Shown piece by piece: positions 60,085-64,000 of a stretch of DNA of 64,000 bases (within the stretch, counting starts at the first letter, position 1; every line of letters begins with the position of its first letter). This DNA comes from Giardia intestinalis. Lineage: Eukaryota. The stretch lies in NCBI GenBank assembly GCA_000002435.2, contig CM018793.1; one strand, written 5' to 3'. The notes beneath the pieces are model-generated. The model ran no database searches. It had not been told where the DNA came from and saw nothing but the letters and a program-made list of their open reading frames with translations. Position numbers and translations under genes: made by a program.

Positions 60085-61668
60085 CTATGTGCGACAAGCG
60101 GGGATGGTCGCGGAAACCAAGCGCATACTTGATTGCAAACAGATGCTTTGAGCTTCCTTCAAGCCAAGAAGTACAGGGATGATGCCGGGAGTATGGGCCT
60201 CGGACAGAAGGACTATTGGTTCCAGCGACGCGTACATAGATTGATTTTGGAGGTACTCGGCCCTCGCCGTGTCTAAAATGTTGGAGGCATTACGCAGAGA
60301 CTGACTGGAGCAAGTCCTAATAAATCTGGACGCAGAATCAAATCCCTGGAATGCGCGGTCTACAACAACAGTATAAGCTACTTCGGAGGTGGTGATGGAG
60401 ACACTTAAAGTTGACGAGGCAAGAGGCTGTGATCTGGCAATAACAGCAGGGACGTAGACTCTCTCGAGGTGCTTGTAGAAGTAGGTTGAACTTTGTGCCT
60501 TATCAGTAGGTATACTAGACAAGTCCTGACTGGCTCCGGTCCGGGGCATCCTCAGCGGAGCAGTGATCTGCGAGTGCTGAACTGCTGGTTGGTCTGGGGT
60601 GTGCGGTGGCGACAGTTGATTGGACGATGCCCCTGAGACCACATTCTCACGTGAGTGTATTTTATCAAATAAGCTTTCAATCTGAGCAAATGCCTGCAAG
60701 GAGTTTGTGGCTCGTGAGGAGATATCTTTCAGCTGATCCCCGCGCACAACTTCATCAGCTGCCAATGTTAAGTTGGGCAATTTAGTGTGAGATGTAAGTG
60801 ATTCAAACAAAGCTGGTGTTGTTGCTACCATCACTACGTCACTTGACACAATCGATTGATGTTCTCCCGGATTGCTTACGAACGAGCACAGCGCTGCTTT
60901 TTCAGCGACGCACTCTTCTTCGTCGAAAAGGGCATTCTGGTCCTCGCAATCCTCAGCCCCTGGCTGTATCTGTATAAAGCGGGGATATGCACGAAGGAGA
61001 ACATACACGAACTCTGTGATAAAAGGGCTGAGCCCATAAAGGATAAGATTGCAACCATCCTCGTTAGACGTTGAAGAAACGACTACGCTACATGCACCAT
61101 CATCTAAGTTAACTGCTGTGATTGCATTATGCGGCACACACAATACCTCAGCTTGCTCTGTATCACTTATTTGCAAGCCAAAAGGTGTTACTGATACTTT
61201 GCAAGGACACGGAGGAAGGTAGCCAGCAGTCAGGGCTTCTCTGGGCCGTGCTCGAGACCCCAATCCTCTTACAAGGACGCTGGGTCGAAGTCCAATTGGC
61301 CTTGTAGCCTGGATCATCATGTTGTAAGAGAGCAGGTCATCAGAGACGCTAAATGGCAGGGAGGCTGTGATGCCTTGGGCGGCATCTTGATCCCTCCGCA
61401 GGGAAGTAAAGATAGCGGACAAGATTGCGTCTCTATATAAAGAATACAGGACGACAGTGCCATGTCCAGTGATATGGAGCCGCAAAAGCTCAGAGCAGTT
61501 TATATCGCACAGTAGTGTAGAGACGTTTCTAATGGGTAACGATATGATGGTCTCCACAACGGCCACATCGATTATGGAGAAAAAAGACGCTATGCATACT
61601 GCGGAATATGGCCGCCTCTGTCCCGAATAAAAGACCTGGGCCGGGTACACAGAACCCTGGGGAGGCAT
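60085..61668 (-). CDS. Hypothetical protein (527 aa)
   Basis: ATG-initiated long minus-strand ORF with A/T-rich upstream sequence ('cttaaaatgcctaaagtaaATG'). No domain recognised. Confidence 0.55.
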   Translation of the reverse strand: MPPQGSVYPAQVFYSGQRRPYSAVCIASFFSIIDVAVVETIISLPIRNVSTLLCDINCSELLRLHITGHGTVVLYSLYRDAILSAIFTSLRRDQDAAQGITASLPFSVSDDLLSYNMMIQATRPIGLRPSVLVRGLGSRARPREALTAGYLPPCPCKVSVTPFGLQISDTEQAEVLCVPHNAITAVNLDDGACSVVVSSTSNEDGCNLILYGLSPFITEFVYVLLRAYPRFIQIQPGAEDCEDQNALFDEEECVAEKAALCSFVSNPGEHQSIVSSDVVMVATTPALFESLTSHTKLPNLTLAADEVVRGDQLKDISSRATNSLQAFAQIESLFDKIHSRENVVSGASSNQLSPPHTPDQPAVQHSQITAPLRMPRTGASQDLSSIPTDKAQSSTYFYKHLERVYVPAVIARSQPLASSTLSVSITTSEVAYTVVVDRAFQGFDSASRFIRTCSSQSLRNASNILDTARAEYLQNQSMYASLEPIVLLSEAHTPGIIPVLLGLKEAQSICLQSSMRLVSATIPACRT

Positions 61669-61717
61669 TTACTTTAGGCATTTTAAGTTTAAATTCTCCA
61701 AACCACAGCTCCGGCAA

Positions 61718-62548
61718 ATGTACCGAAGCGGGCCGCTGACCTGCAATGACGATGCCACAGACAGATACCTTCCAGTTTCCAAGCCAAAGAAGAGCACCAG
61801 AGAAATCGTAGTCAAGGATTTCTTGACAATGAACAAAAACATGGATAACGTCCGAAGGAATTCTCCCTACCACAGTGGGACGTCGCAGTACGTTCCCCCA
61901 TCTAAGAATAAGGACGCAGTTGTTTATAAAAAGATAAATTCTCCTGTTCGACGCTCTCCAGAACAGAGAAAGCCCAAGCCAAACATCATATTCAGCCCCG
62001 TGCAGCTTCCCCCAGAGCCAGAGGAGAGCAGGCGCAAACCATTTGTCCCTCAGATCAATAACTCCCAGAGCCATCTCTTGAGTCCATCTCGTTCGAGCGC
62101 CAAGTCTCCAATACGTGGAGTATCCCCGTCGCGCCAAACTACAAACAGACCTGTAACCATAACCTCCCCTATGCGGTCTTCGCAGCAGGAATACACGTAC
62201 GAGTTGTCTGCCCCTGCTGACTTGGGGCTGAGCCGCTCTGTGAGTCAGTCACAATATCGCAGTCCTTCAAAAAGGGGCAAAAACTCCATCATCAACGTAT
62301 CCATTCGCTCCCCTTCTAATTCTCGCGTGGCAGCGTACAACGAGATCCAGCGTTTGACCTTCAGTCCGATGTCTACCAGTACTCGTTGCAGAAGTGAGAT
62401 GGACAGAGACATATTGTCTGATAATAGGGATGCAGTAAGCACGATCACTCGCAAGTCCACGACTATCAAGGCTCCAATGAGATCAGAGCACTATCTTCTT
62501 CCATCTCGCAGAAAGTACCAACAAAACTACACTCTCAATCTAAAATAA
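61718..62548 (+). CDS. Hypothetical basic S/P/R-rich, probably disordered protein (276 aa)
   Basis: ATG at 61718, 49 bp divergent from the 60085-61668 gene. Repeated SP.R/SPS.R motifs. Preferred over the overlapping antisense ORF 61529..62137, which is W/R/G-rich. Confidence 0.45.
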   Translation: MYRSGPLTCNDDATDRYLPVSKPKKSTREIVVKDFLTMNKNMDNVRRNSPYHSGTSQYVPPSKNKDAVVYKKINSPVRRSPEQRKPKPNIIFSPVQLPPEPEESRRKPFVPQINNSQSHLLSPSRSSAKSPIRGVSPSRQTTNRPVTITSPMRSSQQEYTYELSAPADLGLSRSVSQSQYRSPSKRGKNSIINVSIRSPSNSRVAAYNEIQRLTFSPMSTSTRCRSEMDRDILSDNRDAVSTITRKSTTIKAPMRSEHYLLPSRRKYQQNYTLNLK

Positions 62549-62632
62549 TTGTTTGGATTGTTCTAAAAATTAAAAATCTTATTATTACAGTTGTCGCGAT
62601 AGAACAGACCGCCTTCGCTCTTTGCGCTCAGC

Positions 62633-63889
62633 TTATTGTGGTTTAACGACTTGTAAAAGGGGTGTAAAGAGTGCTACTATTTCGTTTTCTGAGTTATAAT
62701 TCATGGGGTATCCCCTTATTTCGGGCAGAAACCAGAGGGTTGGAATAATCTGCTGCGTATCAACTAAGACCTCGTCTGGTGGTCTAACGAAGGAGGCCTC
62801 CATCTTCCACAAATTGCCTCCAGAGGCCAGGGGGAGCGAGGCACATTCTTCAGTGTTATGAGCCTCAGCGCCATTCCTCTCCGTAGCAGCGGGTAGTAGT
62901 GCATTTATGTCCACCTTGTCCACTTTGAAGGATAGAGGAGCGTATGGAGCGTACGGCTCTGGACAGATACTCCGAGGGGGAATCTTGTCCCAACACCGAT
63001 GGATGTCCTCAATGAGAAGCACTAGCTGGAATTTTGTCAGGGTTGATAAAAACTGTACTGGGAACTGGGCCTGGCAGACTTCCTCTAAGAGTGTCTTTTC
63101 TGTATCCTTTTGTGTTGCGAATAATTGGAGTCCGAGAGCTACGTCTTGCCCCGTATGTTGGCACTTCGTGTTGGAAGATCCAAAACTATTGTACTGATCG
63201 TGTCCTCCGCGATTTCGTCTATGGTTCTGCAAAGAGTTATAGCTTACCTTGAAAGGAATTTGTGTGAAAATTCCCAGACGAAGAGCAGTAAGCGAGAGGT
63301 CTCGAAAGAGACACCCAGTTTTTATATGGGGAATAAGGACTGGGAATGCAGGAATGTTGTCACAATTGTATGGGGGGTCAGCAAGAAAGCCCAGTGTGAA
63401 GATCCAATGGCATAGAGATGTCTCAAGCATTGAGAATTGAAGAGGATTGTATGGCAGCAGAGCAGCAGAGACAGGATGGTCCAACTCTTTGAAGGCCAGA
63501 GTATCAGGGAGTGGGAATCTTTGCACAATAGAGCTGAGGAGTGCCCAGACAGTGCTCTCGCATTGGGACGGTTCAGTAAAGTCGTCAGCAAGAATCCTAT
63601 ATGCACAAGACACTCCACAGTGCTCTGCAAACTGGAGAATAAAGCTGTTGTTCTGTACGCAGTGCTCATAAGTGGATGGATTGGGGATTGGAAGAACTAG
63701 CGATTTGGTATCAGCAACCAGGACAGAGTAGATCTTTCCGAGAATAAGGTGAAAGTTGCACCCATTGCACCACGGATTAGATATAAGCTTGTCGTGGTCA
63801 AACAGAGGAGGCTCTAGAGATAACCATGCGAGCCATCGTGACACCTCTGTTTTGCAAAGTGCATGCTCGATGGGATATGATATGAGCAT
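62633..63889 (-). CDS. Hypothetical protein (418 aa)
   Basis: ATG-initiated minus-strand ORF, convergent with the 61718-62548 gene (84-bp gap). No domain recognised. Confidence 0.55.
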   Translation of the reverse strand: MLISYPIEHALCKTEVSRWLAWLSLEPPLFDHDKLISNPWCNGCNFHLILGKIYSVLVADTKSLVLPIPNPSTYEHCVQNNSFILQFAEHCGVSCAYRILADDFTEPSQCESTVWALLSSIVQRFPLPDTLAFKELDHPVSAALLPYNPLQFSMLETSLCHWIFTLGFLADPPYNCDNIPAFPVLIPHIKTGCLFRDLSLTALRLGIFTQIPFKVSYNSLQNHRRNRGGHDQYNSFGSSNTKCQHTGQDVALGLQLFATQKDTEKTLLEEVCQAQFPVQFLSTLTKFQLVLLIEDIHRCWDKIPPRSICPEPYAPYAPLSFKVDKVDINALLPAATERNGAEAHNTEECASLPLASGGNLWKMEASFVRPPDEVLVDTQQIIPTLWFLPEIRGYPMNYNSENEIVALFTPLLQVVKPQ

Positions 63890-64000
63890 GTCGCTTCGTA
63901 GTTGCTGTAACGTGTGTGAACGCGGGGCACATAATTTCCAATCTGGATAGGCGTCCTGTTGTTGCTCTTCTTTAGCCTGTGGAGCAAAACTTGCGTTATC

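Noticed and set aside
61529-62137. 202-aa minus-strand ORF
   Set aside because: W/R/G-rich translation. It overlaps two better-supported genes in different frames. Kept only as an ambiguity in the findings.

Overview
The window reads as compact eukaryotic nuclear DNA, most consistent with a diplomonad of the Giardia intestinalis type; it is not prokaryotic. Four lines of evidence, all seen in the sequence: (i) about 33 long ORFs (0.3-5 kb) on both strands, at roughly 49-50% GC, with very short intergenic spacers and no Shine-Dalgarno spacing; (ii) A/T-rich initiator elements directly abutting the ATG (e.g. 'ccaattaaaaaATGgcc' at 15723, 'tagttcaaaaaATGgca' at 10554, 'ccattttaaaATGtcc' at 17722, 'ctaatttaATGaca' at 20988); (iii) Giardia-type polyadenylation signals AGTRAAY 2-10 nt after stop codons (8417-8423, 55842-55848, 7212-7218); (iv) gene content typical of Giardia: three NEK-family kinases (two with ankyrin tails or a coiled coil), one NEK-like pseudokinase fused to more than 20 ankyrin repeats, three further ankyrin-repeat ('Protein 21.1'-like) proteins, pyruvate:ferredoxin oxidoreductase, mitosomal IscU, roadblock dynein light chain, Sec24, an E2F/DP-like winged-helix protein, a ZIP metal transporter, a HAD hydrolase, a DCAF7/WDR68-like WD40 protein, and many large lineage-specific hypothetical proteins. 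I found no introns, tRNA or rRNA genes. The ORF track assigns 'M' to TTG/GTG starts; for a eukaryote I moved those starts to the first in-frame ATG (roadblock, IscU, WD40, HAD, the 1386-aa minus-strand ORF, and the membrane protein at 51014). Items worth a second look: a perfectly homogenised 13 x 39-bp coding tandem repeat (46801-47333); a 2.3-kb GC-rich, ORF-free convergent intergenic island (25827-28151) that is a strong outlier against other convergent stop-to-stop spacers of only 10-46 bp; a GC-rich tail on the HAD gene that is open in every frame; a 634-bp ORF-free region upstream of PFOR; and the pseudokinase-ankyrin fusion. I found no prokaryote-style defence or mobile system.
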